Source of the DNA: Selaginella moellendorffii | Taxonomy: Eukaryota > Plantae > Lycopodiophyta | Direction of reading: 5' to 3' | Assembly: GCF_000143415.4 (NCBI RefSeq) | Contig: NW_003314276.1 | Location: forward strand, 1,464,696 to 1,528,695 | Length of the DNA stretch: 64,000 nucleotides | Shown here: positions 63,172-64,000 of the stretch, piece after piece | Layout: the number at the start of each line of letters is the position of its first letter | Numbering within the stretch: position 1 is the first letter of the stretch | Translations under genes and position numbers: made by a program | Notes under the pieces: generated by a model | What the model saw: only the letters and a program-made list of their open reading frames with translations | Told to the model about the DNA's origin: nothing | The model's database searches: none

Positions 63172-64000
63172 TCCTTTAAAAAAAATTCAATTAACTATTA
63201 CTTTATTTAGTTTTTTCTTCTTTGACAAATAAAAACTTAAAATAAAATTACATTTGATTAAGTATATGATTTTAACTGTGAAAAATTGTTTTAGGTGTGT
63301 TTCTTAAAATGGTCAGTTGCATAGAGTACTTTCCTTCCAATAAATGTTAAAATTATATAATACTTCTTTTATATTTAATTTGTTTATTTAGAAATAATAA
63401 AAAATAAAATTAATAAAAGTAGTTGTGAGGTCCAAGTCAGAAAAAATGGATTAGGATGCTTATATTTCCTGTGAAGGCAGTAAAAATTCAAATTAAATAG
63501 GATGAGGGATTTGATTGTCTAAAAAGTATGTAGGTAGCTTATAAGAAAATCTACAAACCTTTACTCTCAATAGTATTATCCTAACAAAGGTTGTTATATT
63601 TTGTTAGAGGATATAAGAAAGATAAAAATTTCATTCTCAAATAATTCTAGAGCAAAAGGGTGTTAGTAGACAATGGACAATAAACAACTTTCAACATCTA
63701 TCTCAATCCAATCTTAACAAACAAGGAACTTCTTATTAACTTGCAATATAAACACTAACTAGATAAGGAATTGGCCATTGCTGAGAAAAGTAGGCTTTGA
63801 TAATAATGTTTATGAAAACAAAACTTTAATTGAAGGTAATTTACACTTTAACATAGACATCAGCCATGGATTGACTCTTTTCTTGCGGCTAAAGATCATG
63901 GCTGTTCAATTTATATGATCCCCAAATGCAAAAAACCTACAGGAATAAGTTCCGGAATGTCAAGTTTGTGAGGTGTGTAAAGGACAGGATCAAAGGCTAA

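Noticed and set aside
63424-63437. LTR start TGTGAGGTCCAAGT
   Set aside because: Only 14 bp match and downstream sequence does not follow the LTR; not enough to call an element

Overview
Compact land-plant nuclear DNA. Introns of about 50-70 nt, high gene density, PLS-class PPRs and AT-rich TE islands best fit a lycophyte such as Selaginella (inference, not verified). About 17 apparently intact genes: SPH/S1-like secreted protein, plastid MATE (DTX46/EDS5-like), STP sugar transporter, At5g11810-like protein, clade-A AHL, AGT1, INSIG-like membrane protein, CML, MSL2/3, a small conserved plant protein, EMC6, a coiled-coil orphan, a BAHD acyltransferase, a half-size OCT-like MFS, DUF639, SNI1/NSE6, an LRR-malectin RLK and a PPR-E. 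They are interspersed with decayed Ty3/gypsy elements (one family with ~172-bp LTRs in at least 4-5 pieces) and local gene-fragment duplications. Highlights: (1) a 195-bp 5S-rRNA-containing Cassandra-like solo LTR with a perfect 5-bp TSD nested in a gypsy integrase, whose terminus matches a putative larger LTR end at the window start; (2) an intact ~24% GC SPH gene; (3) an SNI1/PPR block duplication resolved by reciprocal gene loss; (4) recurrent micro-inversions inside dead retroelements; (5) a possible decayed aerolysin-type toxin gene. Exon boundaries and homologies were read by eye and family calls come from remembered motifs; no searches were run. No novel system is demonstrated; the best candidates are flagged as hypotheses.
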